A stretch of 64,000 nucleotides of DNA from Octopus bimaculoides (Eukaryota), in the NCBI RefSeq assembly GCF_001194135.2, contig NC_068986.1, positions 34,500,704 through 34,564,703 on the forward strand, in the 5' to 3' direction. Shown in pieces: positions 11,786 through 24,167 of the stretch. The notes under the pieces were generated by a model. It was not told where the DNA came from and did no database searches. It worked only from the letters and a program-made list of their open reading frames with translations. Both the position numbers and the translations under genes were made by a program. The stretch's first letter is position 1. Each line of letters starts with the position of its first letter.

Positions 11786-11963
11786 AAAAAAAGAATATGT
11801 ATTCTGGGCAATGCACCTGTGAAATGATGTTGCTGTTTGCCACTACTTTGAGATCAGTTCAGGATATCTTCTCAGCCTATTTATGATTGTAAGACCACCT
11901 TTCTTCAACTTATTTTTCTACCCTTGTTGCAGTCCAGCATCTGAAAATGTTGACGAGCATTCA

Positions 11964-12191
11964 TTAACCCTTTTGTTACCGTATTTATTTTGAGATGCTC
12001 TGTGTTTCTTTGAATTACTTCAAATATAACGAAGAAATTAGTAAAACAACTTAGTTATCATTAAGCTAGTGTTAGTAACATAAATTGCAACTAAGGTTTG
12101 GTAGAAGATTTTAATTCAAAACTTATGAAAACAAGACATTTGTACTCAAAGCCAGAGCCGGTCTCAGCCGGGTTGGTAACGAAAGGGTTAG
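11964..12191. mobile_element. piggyBac-like MITE (family E)
   Basis: TTAA|CCCTTTTGTTACC...GGTAACGAAAGGG|TTAG: TIRs with a TTAA-type target duplication. An inverted relative lies at 43096-43316. Confidence 0.75.
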
Positions 12192-13418
12192 ACTCTACCA
12201 GCTGAGCAATACAGTTGGTAGAACCAGAGGTCACTAGCATCGCAGTTGTTAAAGGGTGGCACTGAAACACTTGGGATAAGTACACAGCCATTAGTTTGAA
12301 CCTCACTGAAGCAAGATTTGTGTTTACCATTCTGCTGTTGATAAAAGTAAGCAATAGTCAATATGGCTTGCTTCCCCCCCCCCTTTCAAAATGTGTGGTC
12401 TTGTAGTTTACTGGTAGATATCAGTATTATTGGTATATTATTTCATATTTACTTTGTATAACCCTTCTCATGTTTCCTGCTATTTGGTTCTTTTAAATGC
12501 TATGAAAAAAAAAAAGAAAAACAGCTTATTCCTGGTGTATTGAGTCATAGCTTGAATATTACTATCCCAGCACTACTCTAATATTTACATAGATTTTTTT
12601 TCACTTGATAATTTAGACATAGAGGGAGTGGTAGTCTCTGAACTGACACTCAAGACTAAAATTGGTTTACTTCCTCATGCTGGGATCTTCCTATCACTAA
12701 TTTACCATTCACTTCATCTTGTGAAAGTATCGGTTTGATGCTAGCAATGCAAATTCTTACTCTAAAATGCTTCTTGTAAAAATTAATGTTGCCCAGCCTT
12801 CCTCGGTTAAATTTGATTTTTATACAAGATTCCCAAACATAGACTGAGAAAATATTCAATCCAGCTCCAACTTCCTCTGCTGGAAATATTCGCTAATATA
12901 TAAACCTTTTGCTGTATGCTTCTGTAAAATGATGCCTTATTTCACCCTAGCGTATAATGGATTCTTCTCCATGCTTCACTCATTAAATTCCAGCCATGCT
13001 GGAGCACCTGCTGTAACGGTTGAGCCAATCACATCATGCTATTCATTTCTACGGTTCCTATTTATGGAGCAAGTAATTTGCAAGAACATAGCATTGATGT
13101 AAACACACACATGTGCATGCACACACACGGTTGGTTTCTGCTCAGCTTCTGTTTAGATAGATAAGAGAGATAGTTAGATTTGATAAAGCCATTCAGTTTA
13201 GGTATTGTTACATGTATGTAATAATACATATTGGACACAGTGCAAACCGCTTTTATTATAGTCACAGCTAATACCATCAACCAGTTATTGTTATCAAAAT
13301 TAGTGGTCCCCACAATCTTTATGTGCTTTAATGTTATCAACCAGTTATTGAAAAGACTTCGTTTCAATGTGATCACAGTTTCCACTATACACACACACAC
13401 ACACACACACATGTAAAG

Positions 13419-13451
<33 letters not shown>

Positions 13452-13739
13452 AAGCAGTGGTAATGGTTGAGAGAGTTCACAAGCAGCTTACAGTTACATG
13501 CTTTCTGCTTTAACACTTTAATATTTTATTCTTTTATTCAAATGTTGCTGGGGGGTCAATATTGCTGGGAAGCAATAAAACAAGATACTGGGATCAACTA
13601 TAGCCCCTTCATTTTACAGAAATGGCCTTGAGCCTTGGCAAAAGAAATCTTTATTATATTATATGCTACACCATTCTCATTTTATAGTTGAATAGGAGGA
13701 GTCCTTTGTTAGGAAGAATAACAAACAATGGTGGATATA

Positions 13740-13800
13740 TAGTGTTGTAAGGTTAAGCTGCTGGACTACTGAACACAGGGTCACAAGTTCAAACCCTACT
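13740..13800 (+). mobile_element. Degenerate tRNA-like SINE head
   Basis: GGTTAAG...GGACT...CAAGTTCAAACCC spacing resembles A/B boxes; no body recognised. Confidence 0.35.
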
Positions 13801-14167
13801 ACAGTCATTGTCTTTTTTTATATTGTTTTGGGGTTGTTGTTACTATTCTCCCCTTCTCTTCTTCTTCTCTAGTCTGCCTGGCTGTAAAGAAAGATGCCAC
13901 CCCCACTTTCTGCTTGAGTGGTTAATGGTATGAAAGTGTATTCAGCTGTAAAAATAATTGCTCCAATAGTTCATATGCAAATATCTAAATTTGCAAGAAA
14001 AAGAGCAAAAACAGAACAAAAACAACAAAAAAAAAAACAACCTCCACCCATCTTCCTCCCTCTCTCCCTCCCTCCATCCATGTTGGCAGCTTGGAACAAT
14101 GGTTGTAAAATTGCATTGTTGTTTATTTATTTTTGGTTCTCAAAGTAAAATAATAACAATACTGATG

Positions 14168-14236
<69 letters not shown>

Positions 14237-14407
14237 ATAAAATGAAAGAAAGGAAGGACATCAAAATGGTAAAGCTGTTACCTGTCACAAGATTGATTGC
14301 TTACCATTGTTTTAATGTTTAGGTTTTGTTTTTGCTGTTGACACCAATTAGACAATTCCTGTCTCTCTGTCTGTCAGTCCACAGTCAGCTATTATTATTA
14401 TTATTAA

Positions 14408-14449
<42 letters not shown>

Positions 14450-14461
14450 CATCATCATCAT
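14168..14461. repeat. (AAT)n and (ATT)n/(ATC)n microsatellites
   Basis: Visible at about 14168-14231 and 14390-14461. Confidence 0.9.
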
Positions 14462-15118
14462 CGGTAAAACTAGCAATCTCAGTTAACATAACAGGAGTTA
14501 GGGTTACTATTATATATTATAATTTATTTATATTTTGTCATGAACGATTTAAAAANNNNNNNNNNNNNNNNNNNNNNNNNNNNNNNNNNNNNNNNNNNNN
14601 NNNNNNNNNNNNNNNNNNNNNNNNNNNNNNNNNNNNNNNNNNNNNNNNNNNNNNNNNNNNNNNNNNNNNNNNNNNNNNNNNNNNNNNNNNNNNNNNNNNN
14701 NNNNNNNNNNNNNNNNNNNNNNNNNNNNNNNNNNNNNNNNNNNNNNNNNNNNNNNNNNNNNNNNNNNNNNNNNNNNNNNNNNNNNNNNNNNNNNNNNNNN
14801 NNNNNNNNNNNNNNNNNNNNNNNNNNNNNNNNNNNNNNNNNNNNNNNNNNNNNNNNNNNNNNNNNNNNNNNNNNNNNNNNNNNNNNNNNNNNNNNNNNNN
14901 NNNNNNNNNNNNNNNNNNNNNNNNNNNNNNNNNNNNNNNNNNNNNNNNNNNNNNNNNNNNNNNNNNNNNNNNNNNNNNNNNNNNNNNNNNNNNNNNNNNN
15001 NNNNNNNNNNNNNNNNNNNNNNNNNNNNNNNNNNNNNNNNNNNNNNNNNNNNNNNNNNNNNNNNNNNNNNNNNNNNNNNNNNNNNNNNNNNNNNNNNNNN
15101 NNNNNNNNNNNNNNNNNN

Positions 15119-15195
15119 GGTGTAGCCATCTGGTTTTACCAGTCCTCAGTCAAATCGTCCAACCCATGCTAGCATGGAAAGCGGACATTAAACGA

Positions 15196-15200
<5 letters not shown>
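15119..15200 (+). mobile_element. Family D1 3' end (5' part lost in gap)
   Basis: Nearly identical to 46569-46650 (CCAGTCCTCAGTCAAATCGTCCAACCCATGCTAGCATGGAAAG). Confidence 0.85.
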
Positions 15201-15256
<56 letters not shown>

Positions 15257-15267
15257 TATCAGTGAGT

Positions 15268-15434
15268 ACGTGTTTGTCTTCCACTACTGCATGACAAACT
15301 AGTGTTGGTTTGTTTACATCGTTGTAACTTTTCAGTTTGGTAAAGTAGGGCAATAGAATAATTACTGGGGTCAATTTGTTTGAAGGTGGTGCTCCAGCTT
15401 GGCTGCAGTCCCTTGACAGGAACAAAAGCAAAGG
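15268..15434 (+). mobile_element. SINE family B, degenerate 3' half
   Basis: TGACAAACTAGTGTTGG...GTAACTT...GGTGGTGCTCCAGCTTGGCTGCAGTC. Confidence 0.7.
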
Positions 15435-16440
15435 ATTAAAATTCTCCATCTATCTGTCTCCCTTTTTCATTTGTTTTTCTAATTCTTGCTGTATGCGTTT
15501 ATTATGTGTTACGATTTCACATACATAACTACATCTCTGTATTACACGCAAACACAAACGAAGCATTTTTACTATTAGTATTGGCTGGTATTATTGACTT
15601 AGGAAAACACATTTACATCTAGATGTTAGTTAGTTTTACTTTGCTGTTATTATTATTATTTATTTCGAATAGCTTTTCCAATATGACTATTTCTTTACCT
15701 CATCATTATCAATTTATCAAACCTTTTTCCTATTAACATCCCCCCCCCCCAACTACCTCGCTTGATGGGGATTGTGTGTACAGACGAAGTTACTCCTGTC
15801 TTATTATTTATTCCTTATATATTGTCAGCACCCTTTCAAATAACTTTTCTCTTTCTTATGCTACTGTAAGGATTTGAAAATTTATTTTTATTTATTTATC
15901 ATTTATTTTTTTTCAATAAAATTTTATTTATATTGCATTGAATAATATTAGATTTGAGTTGAGATTTCGGATTTTTCAACACTGGAGCAAATTTGAAAAT
16001 TTTTCTGACTAAATTATCTATAAACTGCATATATCTAAATCCAAATGTTATTGTATTTTTATATTCGGATGGGAAAATCTTGCGAAGTTTTAATTTAATT
16101 TATTCATTGAACTTGAGACATTGTCTGATGTTGCTGTTATATATATTTTTTTCCTTTCTAATAGTCAAGTTATAAACATATATACATACCTGAAGAGCAG
16201 CATTGTTATCTCAGCATCTCCTTCTCCTTCTCTTCCTCCTCGTTCCTCCTTATTTTTCTTCTTTATACTTGAAGATGGAAAAATACACATTCGTTTGCCA
16301 ATTAAATGTAAGATTGTCAACCACCATTCTTCCTGCCCACCCTTTCAAAAATATATCCTTAAAAATGATTTTATTTTTTTATCGTTTTTCTTTTACACTT
16401 GCACACAAATGCATATATACATATATAACAAATAAAGACT

Positions 16441-16477
<37 letters not shown>

Positions 16478-16697
16478 GACAGACATACAGCTATTTTTAA
16501 TGGGTTGTGAGATTATAGGCCATTTATTTGGATAAATGCTAGTACTGCATTAGTTTAATGCCTGAAGGCTAATCAAATTTGAGGGAGCGATGTAGCTGTT
16601 GGCAGGTTTGGACCAATTATATTTCAGAATGCTGTTGTAAGGTTCCTGTTAGCTTTCCATGCTTAGTGTGTTCCATGACTGTGTAAGCTCTTTCTTT

Positions 16698-16799
16698 TAA
16701 CACAAGCCCTGCTGCTGTTTGTAGCCAGCAGGCATCATTTTCGGTGGCTAACACAAGACTTACTGCTGTTTGTAGCCAGCAGGCATTATTTCCGTGGAT
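16698..16799. repeat. Two tandem 51-bp units
   Basis: Perfect shared 24-mer CTGCTGTTTGTAGCCAGCAGGCAT at 16712-16735 and 16763-16786. Confidence 0.9.
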
Positions 16800-18853
16800 G
16801 AGAGAAAAGAAAGTAAGGAAAAAGAGTGAAAAATAAAAATATATATATATATATAAAGGAAAAAGAAACAAGAAACCAAAATGAGATTTTTAAAGAAAAA
16901 AAAAAAGAACATAGTGATAATAAATAAAAATGTATATATGTTTATAAAAAAAAATGTAAACTTAAAAAAAAAATACGAAAGGAAAAAACATATATTGTAT
17001 CATAGCTGCAGGCGGTTCACTTAGGCATGGAACTCTTTAACCCATGTTGAAAATGGCTCCAGGCTTTAGAAATTGTTTCATTCAAGGCTAGTGGATAACA
17101 GTTCCCTATTGCAAAATCTCTCACTCTCATTCTCTCTTTCTCTCCCCTAGTCTCTCTCTCTCTCTCTCTGTCTATCCCTCTCTCTCAAGATGTTTTCTAC
17201 TCCCACACCCATTTTAAGATTGCAAAGTGCTGGGTTATCTACACTCTCCCAAGAACCCCCTTCTCCCCCTTCTGCATCCCACCAAAATTTATTTGTTAGT
17301 TTTATCATTTTTCTTTAAATTATCCAATCAATAACTTGATGATGTAAAAAAAAAAAAAAAAATCATCTAATATAATCAATCTTGAAATACAGTTTGTAAT
17401 TCAATATTGCAAGAACCAAATTCATACCAGCTTGTTTTGCCTTCTTTTAACCAAGTCTTACTCCTTTGTTGTTCTTGCTGCCGTCATTGTCATCATTAGA
17501 GTTATGCCTCTTGGTTTTGGGAGTAACTACAATGGCAGGCCTACCCCAGCTCTGCATTTAAAGGTTCTTTGCCTGTTTGCTAACTTTCTTTGGTTTGGTG
17601 AGGACTTGTATTCCTTCACTCATTACACACAGTCCTCATCCATTTCTTCCCCCACCAAAAGTGCTGCCAGAGCCAATCGCCAAAGCATATGTTAGAATTA
17701 GGAATATTCGGTTCCGTGTTTGGTGATCAAGATGGTTGCTAGAATAAAACTGTTTCTAGCACAGGAAAATCTATTGATCTGTCCACAAGAGAGATACAGT
17801 ATGTTTGAAAATAAAATAAAACAAAACAAAAAAATACATAGGGGAAAAAAAAAATAAAGGAAATAAAAAATGTATCTATTGGACTGTTTTCACCTTCACT
17901 ATATTATCATTTCTTTGAAGTCTTGGAGTGCTGCTAAATGTAGTGTGACAATCAATATTGTGTTTGTCCACTTGACAAGCTGTTCATTACATTTCCATGC
18001 TAATTTTAGTAGGAAATGACCTTAATTTCATAGGCTTAATAACTTTTATACCATTTGATATATATANNNNNNNNNNNNNNNNNNNNNNNNNNNNNNNNNN
18101 NNNNNNNNNNNNNNNNNNNNNNNNNNNNNNNNNNNNNNNNNNNNNNNNNNNNNNNNNNNNNNNNNNNNNNNNNNNNNNNNNNNNNNNNNNNNNNNNNNNN
18201 NNNNNNNNNNNNNNNNNNNNNNNNNNNNNNNNNNNNNNNNNNNNNNNNNNNNNNNNNNNNNNNNNNNNNNNNNNNNNNNNNNNNNNNNNNNNNNNNNNNN
18301 NNNNNNNNNNNNNNNNNNNNNNNNNNNNNNNNNNNNNNNNNNNNNNNNNNNNNNNNNNNNNNNNNNNNNNNNNNNNNNNNNNNNNNNNNNNNNNNNNNNN
18401 NNNNNNNNNNNNNNNNNNNNNNNNNNNNNNNNNNNNNNNNNNNNNNNNNNNNNNNNNNNNNNNNNNNNNNNNNNNNNNNNNNNNNNNNNNNNNNNNNNNN
18501 NNNNNNNNNNNNNNNNNNNNNNNNNNNNNNNNNNNNNNNNNNNNNNNNNNNNNNNNNNNNNNNNNNNNNNNNNNNNNNNNNNNNNNNNNNNNNNNNNNNN
18601 NNNNNNNNNNNNNNNNNNNNNNNNNNNNNNNNNNNTATATATATGTGTATATATATATATTCATAAAGTCTGTGTTTGCTTGTCTATCTGGTTGTGTGTG
18701 TTTTTTTGTGATAGGTCAAAAAGATTAAACGATATCATTACGTGTATATCAGTTAAATGCAACAGCTGTTTAAAGTGGTTTGAATGAGTGAGACTTGAGA
18801 ATCTTGAATGTTGAATGAAAGCTTATCTTGTACTGGCTTTTTTTTTTACACAG

Positions 18854-18931
18854 GTGTAACTAACGATAGCTGAAATAAAGAGATAGGGCGTGGTCTGGCG
18901 ATTTGGGTGAAGGAGTGCAACTTCTAAAATG
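18854..18931 (+). other. Candidate 78-nt exon ending in ATG (5'UTR/start exon or poison exon)
   Basis: Acceptor T-tract-ACACAG, donor AAAATG|GTGAGT, stops in all three frames. Confidence 0.25.
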
Positions 18932-19106
18932 GTGAGTGGGTGGGAGGGAGAAGACCTCAGATAGGGAGCTTTGGTTGTTAAGGGATGTGGAACATGAATG
19001 TGAGAGATTTAGGGATGGAGTAAAGTAGAGATAAAGGTAATATCTAAGAGCAGATTTTGGTGAGTCAGCTAAATATGGCAGCTGGAAAGAAACAGTAAAC
19101 AACTCA

Positions 19107-19141
<35 letters not shown>

Positions 19142-19350
19142 GCATTACATATGTATATATAATATCTTTATATAATTATGGAGGTGTTATTTTACTCGCC
19201 ATGATATTAGCTATATGTGTTTCCTTAAGGATGTTAAACAATTGACAGTAGTTTTAGAGAACTTAAAATGTTGGTTTTTGCTATTTGGTTTTTGCTTCTA
19301 TTTTATCATCTGTTGTTGTTGTTAATAAATAATAGTAATAATAATAAAGA

Positions 19351-19560
19351 ATGGCCCTGCTAGGAACAGACCACATCCTACACAAAATACTATTAATCCA
19401 ATAATACAACCTACGAATACAAAGCACACTCTATACAGCATTTACCCAGTGAAATAAACTTCCACCAGCAAGCTAGAAAACCATAGCATTCACACCTCAT
19501 GAAGAAAAGAAAAAGCCAAAGATCACACAATGCTGCACACCCCCCATCAACATGGAGGTG
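19351..19560 (+). mobile_element. Dong/R4-like LINE 3' fragment
   Basis: 19351-19404 translates MALLGTDHILHKILLIQ*, resembling the LLGTAHILRKIL-type C-terminus of R4/Dong-clade elements; preceded by (AAT)n. The 3' boundary is a guess. Confidence 0.55.
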
Positions 19561-19617
19561 TAGCAGGTGATGCAGTAGAAATTTGTCTCAATCTACGAAA
19601 TATTGAACATTTATGTT

Positions 19618-19649
<32 letters not shown>

Positions 19650-19669
19650 CATAATGATTTCAGGAAAAG

Positions 19670-19845
19670 GATTAAGTTGATTGCATCAACCCCAGTGCTC
19701 AACTAGTACTTACTTTATCAAGCCCGGAAGGATGAAAGGCAGAGTTGACCCTGGCTGAATTTGTGCTCAGAACTTAAAGACTGACAAAATGCTTCTAAGA
19801 AGCATTTTGTCTATCATGCTAACAATTCTACCAGCTCATCACTTT
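19670..19845 (-). mobile_element. SINE family C
   Basis: Reverse complement of core (GGATGAAAGGCAGAGTTGACC) and head (AACAATTCTACCAGCTCA). Confidence 0.8.
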
Positions 19846-20380
19846 TAACAATAACAATGATAATTTTAGGTACAAGGTCTGAAATTTGATGGGAGAAGCT
19901 GGTTGGTTATATCAACTACTGTACTTGCCAACAAAATTGACCTTGATTTGTGTTTGAACTCAAAATGTAAAGAGCCAGAACAAATAACTGCAGGGCATTT
20001 TACTCAATATTCTACCAAGTCCATCATTATCATCACCACTATCATCATTTTTATACCCAGCTCTTCCAGGCTTGCATGGGTTGGCTATTTCCCTTTCAGT
20101 ACAGTGTTTTGTCTTTTGTTACATTCCTTTATCATCTCCTCTCTGAGATTCAACATCCTGAGATCAGATCTCACTGCTTCTGTCCATGGCTTCTTTAGTT
20201 TTCCTCTTCCACAGTTTACTATCTTGATTGATAGTTTATTTCATCTATTCTGGAATAATAAAACATGTATTTGTGCTTCCTTGAAGGATAGATATTAAGT
20301 CAATTAGTCTGCCTTTGGAATTATAATTATCCCTTTTTTTGTCTTTTTAAATACTTCATGCACATATCAAACATGTCGAT

Positions 20381-20700
20381 AGCAGTGAGCAGGCAGAATC
20401 GTTAGTGAATTGGTTAAAATGCTTAGCAGCATTTCTTCTGGTTCTTCACATTTTGAGTTCAAAATGTGCCCAAGTCAGCTTTGCCTTTCATTGTTTAAGA
20501 GGTTATTGAAATAAGTACCATTTAAACATTCTGTTAAGTGGTTGGCATCTGGAAGGGCATCCAGCGATGGACACCATGCCAAAGCAGACAACAGAGCCTG
20601 TTACAGTTCTCTGGCTTGTGAGCTCCGTGAGGATGAGTTGAACCTTGGGCTTGCTGTAATCGACTTACCCTCACTTTTAAAATTAATAGCTTTGCACACA
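20381..20700 (+). mobile_element. Degenerate SINE C interrupted by a family D fragment (about 20535-20620)
   Basis: C head and core to ATAAGTACCA, then GTGGTTGGCATCTGGAAGGGCATCCAG..., then a C tail GTAATCGACTTACCC. Confidence 0.65.
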
Positions 20701-22007
20701 CAAAATATATATGTATATTGAAATATTGAAATTATCTTTGTAAGAATATTTATCCTATACACTTTGGCTTCCCCCCCCCCCCTTAATGGCTTACATTTTG
20801 ATATTCTAAGCTTCGATAGTTATACAAATTCATACATTTGTAAAATTAAGACAATTTGTCTTATGNNNNNNNNNNTACATTTGTAAAATTAAGACAATTT
20901 GTCTTATGCTGTTCTTATCTTTGTTATTACCTTCTTAGAATAGAAAAAGGAAAAAAAAAAGACAATTCTTTTTTTTTTTTCTTCTGCTTCATCCCCCCTT
21001 CTTGTTTAAGAATTGAAATGAATATATCAATATATTTATGACTGTCAATGTAAGATAGACATTCTCAAGAGACTGGTGTATTTCATGCAAGATGTTTGTC
21101 ACTGGAACTTTTATTATAACACAAGGCAGTTTTGTTGTTTTTTTCCCCCGTTATCCTTCACTTTCCTACTGTCCATTGAAAGAATGATTAAGTCTATAGC
21201 TTTGTCACTCTCACTGGTGGTAAACATTTTGTTTCTATAAATGAGAAAAATTATCCAAGTGTAGAGTCTACTTCAAGTATTTGTTAGTTTATATTCAAAT
21301 TAAATTGTATTTTTTATTTTTTTATTTTTCATTCTACCATACATGTCCCTTGGCATATAGAATATGGTATGACATCAAAATTTTATATACAGTAGTATTA
21401 AGATAGGAAGCAAAACCATACCATTTTTTCCCCCGTCTTTCTTCCATATGGAATTCACTTCTTCATCCTATCTTAAAGGTTATGTTATCTCTTCAGTATA
21501 ATGTCTTCAAACAAATCATCTTATGCGAATGATTCATTGAACCATAACAAATCTTGATATATTTGCCATGACTTCTTTTTAACCAGTTCATTAACTTAGC
21601 TGACCTATACAGTTGTGGCATATAACACACAAGCCCAGATGTTAAATGCATCGTCTTCTGTTTGCACCTACATTTTCTAGTAAGGTAATATAAGATTAGG
21701 CTAATTGTGTTACACATACATATTGAAATGCTTATCGACTGAGGCTGCATATTTTAGAATATTTTCCCTCATATCGCTAAAATCTGATGCTACTTCTGCT
21801 TAATACGTCTCTTAAAGTTGCAATAGTTAATCAAAACAAAATTATTAGGTTATTTCACTTGGCTGTGACTTGATAAGACTTAAGTGGAAATCTTCTATTA
21901 CTTACCTGTATAATAAAAGAATGACTGTAGTATGTGTACATGCGTGTGTGGTGTATGTGCATATGTATGTATGTATGTGTGTGTGTATATATATATAGAG
22001 AGAGAGA

Positions 22008-22128
22008 TGGGTAAATTGTCGCCATTTTATATTCTTAATTTCGCTCATGCACTTTGTTTTTGATTTTGTCGGCTATACAGCATAGTAGGGGCGGTTGGGC
22101 ACTGTCTGTGAGAAAAACAGCACCATGA
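22008..22128 (+). mobile_element. 5' end of a Tc1/mariner-type element
   Basis: GGGTAAATTGTCGCC resembles the TIR-proximal TAAACTGTCGTC of the 57687 element; ends at AGAAAAACAGCACCATGAC (putative transposase start). The family link is partly from memory. Confidence 0.5.
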
Positions 22129-22820
22129 CATCATTTGTGGTTGGGTAGCTGCTGGTAGCATTTATTGGCATTACTTGTCAAAATCATCCACTAACACCAT
22201 GCTTACATATGACCAAAATAGAAAACCCTGCCTCAAGTGCCTCTTCATTGTATCTTATTTTGCATAGAAAAACATATATTAAACATGCAAAATATTTGTG
22301 TATGGGAGAGAGGGGGGCAAGCTTTTTTTTTTATGTATATCTGCATTCATTTCATTTACTTAACCAGGTTTAACAGAGGACTAAATCAAGAGTAACTAAA
22401 ATTCAAATTATTCTGATTGTCATGTGACTCCCCGATATAAGAGTTGATTGTGTATTCTGAAAAGAATTGTAATTCACACTATCCCTCTCCCTCCCTCTCT
22501 CTCTATGTATGTGTATATANNNNNNNNNNNNNNNNNNNNNNNNNNNNNNNNNNNNNNNNNNNNNNNNNNNNNNNNNNNNNNNNNNNNNNNNNNNNNNNNN
22601 NNNNNNNNNNNNNNNNNNNNNNNNNNNNNNNNNNNNNNNNNNNNNNNNNNNNNNNNNNNNNNNNNNNNNNNNNNNNNNNNNNNNNNNNNNNNNNNNNNNN
22701 NNNNNNNNNNNNNNNNNNNNNNNNNNNNNNNNNNNNNNNNNNNNNNNNNNNNNNNNNNNNNNNNNNNNNNNNNNNNNNNNNNNNNNNNNNNNNNNNNNNN
22801 NNNNNNNNNNNNNNNNNNNN

Positions 22821-22966
22821 GTCCCCGTAACTTAGCAGTTTGGCAAAAGAAACCGATAGAATAAGTACTAGGCTTACAAAGAATAAGTCCTGGGGTTAAT
22901 TTCCTCAACTAAAGGCAGTGCTCCAGCATGGCCGCAGTCAAATGACTGAAACAGGTAAAAAGTAAA
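22821..22966 (+). mobile_element. SINE family B 3' half (rest in gap)
   Basis: GTCCCCGTAACTTAGC...GCATGGCCGCAGTCAAATGACTGAAACAGGTAAAAAG. Confidence 0.9.
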
Positions 22967-24125
22967 GATATATATATGTATATGTATACACACACACACA
23001 CACACACACACACAAGTTCAGTAAGTGCATGCACAAAACTATCAGCCCTTGAGTCACTTTTGTGGCAATGAACACGTGTATGTGTGTATTATTCATCTTA
23101 TCGCATACTACTTACATATATATATTTATATGTGTGTGTATATATACATGTGCACACACACACTTCATCTGATTGACTACTACCAGAGCTAACGGCCAAA
23201 CAGGCCAATGAAAACATTAGCAGAGCAATTATTTTTGCCTCTGATTTTGTAAAAGAAAGTGGTCGCTCATTAATGCAAGAAATATCAGTGTGTGTGTGTG
23301 CCTGCATGTTCTTTCTCTGCTCATGATAGATTATCTTCTGTTAATGCTTTTTCAAAAATTCGTTTTTCTTTTGTGTTTTTAACAAGTATATTTTAAATAA
23401 TTTTTTTTTTTTTTTTTATAAAAGTTAATGATTTTTTAAGTGCAAATGTAGGGCACATTTGGTGCAAACTAATTTGTCTTCCTGCAAAAAAATCCTACCA
23501 TTTTGCCATCAACTTGTTGAAAGCTATCATTATCAGAGATTGTTTAAGAAATAGTTTTAACATAGTGTTGTCAGATATTTATTATTTCGGCTTGTCTGTT
23601 GAAAATTTCTCCTGCTTAAACTTTTATAAAAAATAAAAATTTTTTCATAAGTAATTTAAAATTATCTTTCTATTATCTCTGATTTTTGTTTTTTTATGTC
23701 TTTAATACACATTTTTATTTATTTAATTAAATTTAGTTTTGTTTTAAATTAGGTTAGTAATCTCAATTTTCTCTCTCTCTCTCTCTCTCTCCAGTTTTTA
23801 TGTCTGTATGTATACATCTGTGCTATAATGTAGTTTAAGTTTAATTTTGAAGAAATTTATAAAACTGAAGTACCTAATTATATCTGTGTTTTTTCGTCAC
23901 ATGCATGCACACACACACATACGTGGGAAAATCTAAGGAGATAAAAACATATGTACCAATTATCACCTTGGTACAACGAATGTAGTAGTTAAACGCACCA
24001 AAAGCTTACTAAGATTATTTGGAATATCCGGCGAAGATTGAGTACTGTTTTTTATTTTTATTTTTAGAAAGAACTCTGTGTGTGTGTGTGTGTCTATATA
24101 TATATATATATATGTGCATGTGTAT

Positions 24126-24165
<40 letters not shown>

Positions 24166-24167
<2 letters not shown>

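Noticed and set aside
20833-20908. Perfect 33-bp direct repeat
   Set aside because: The two copies flank a 10-N gap, typical of an unmerged contig overlap (assembly artefact).
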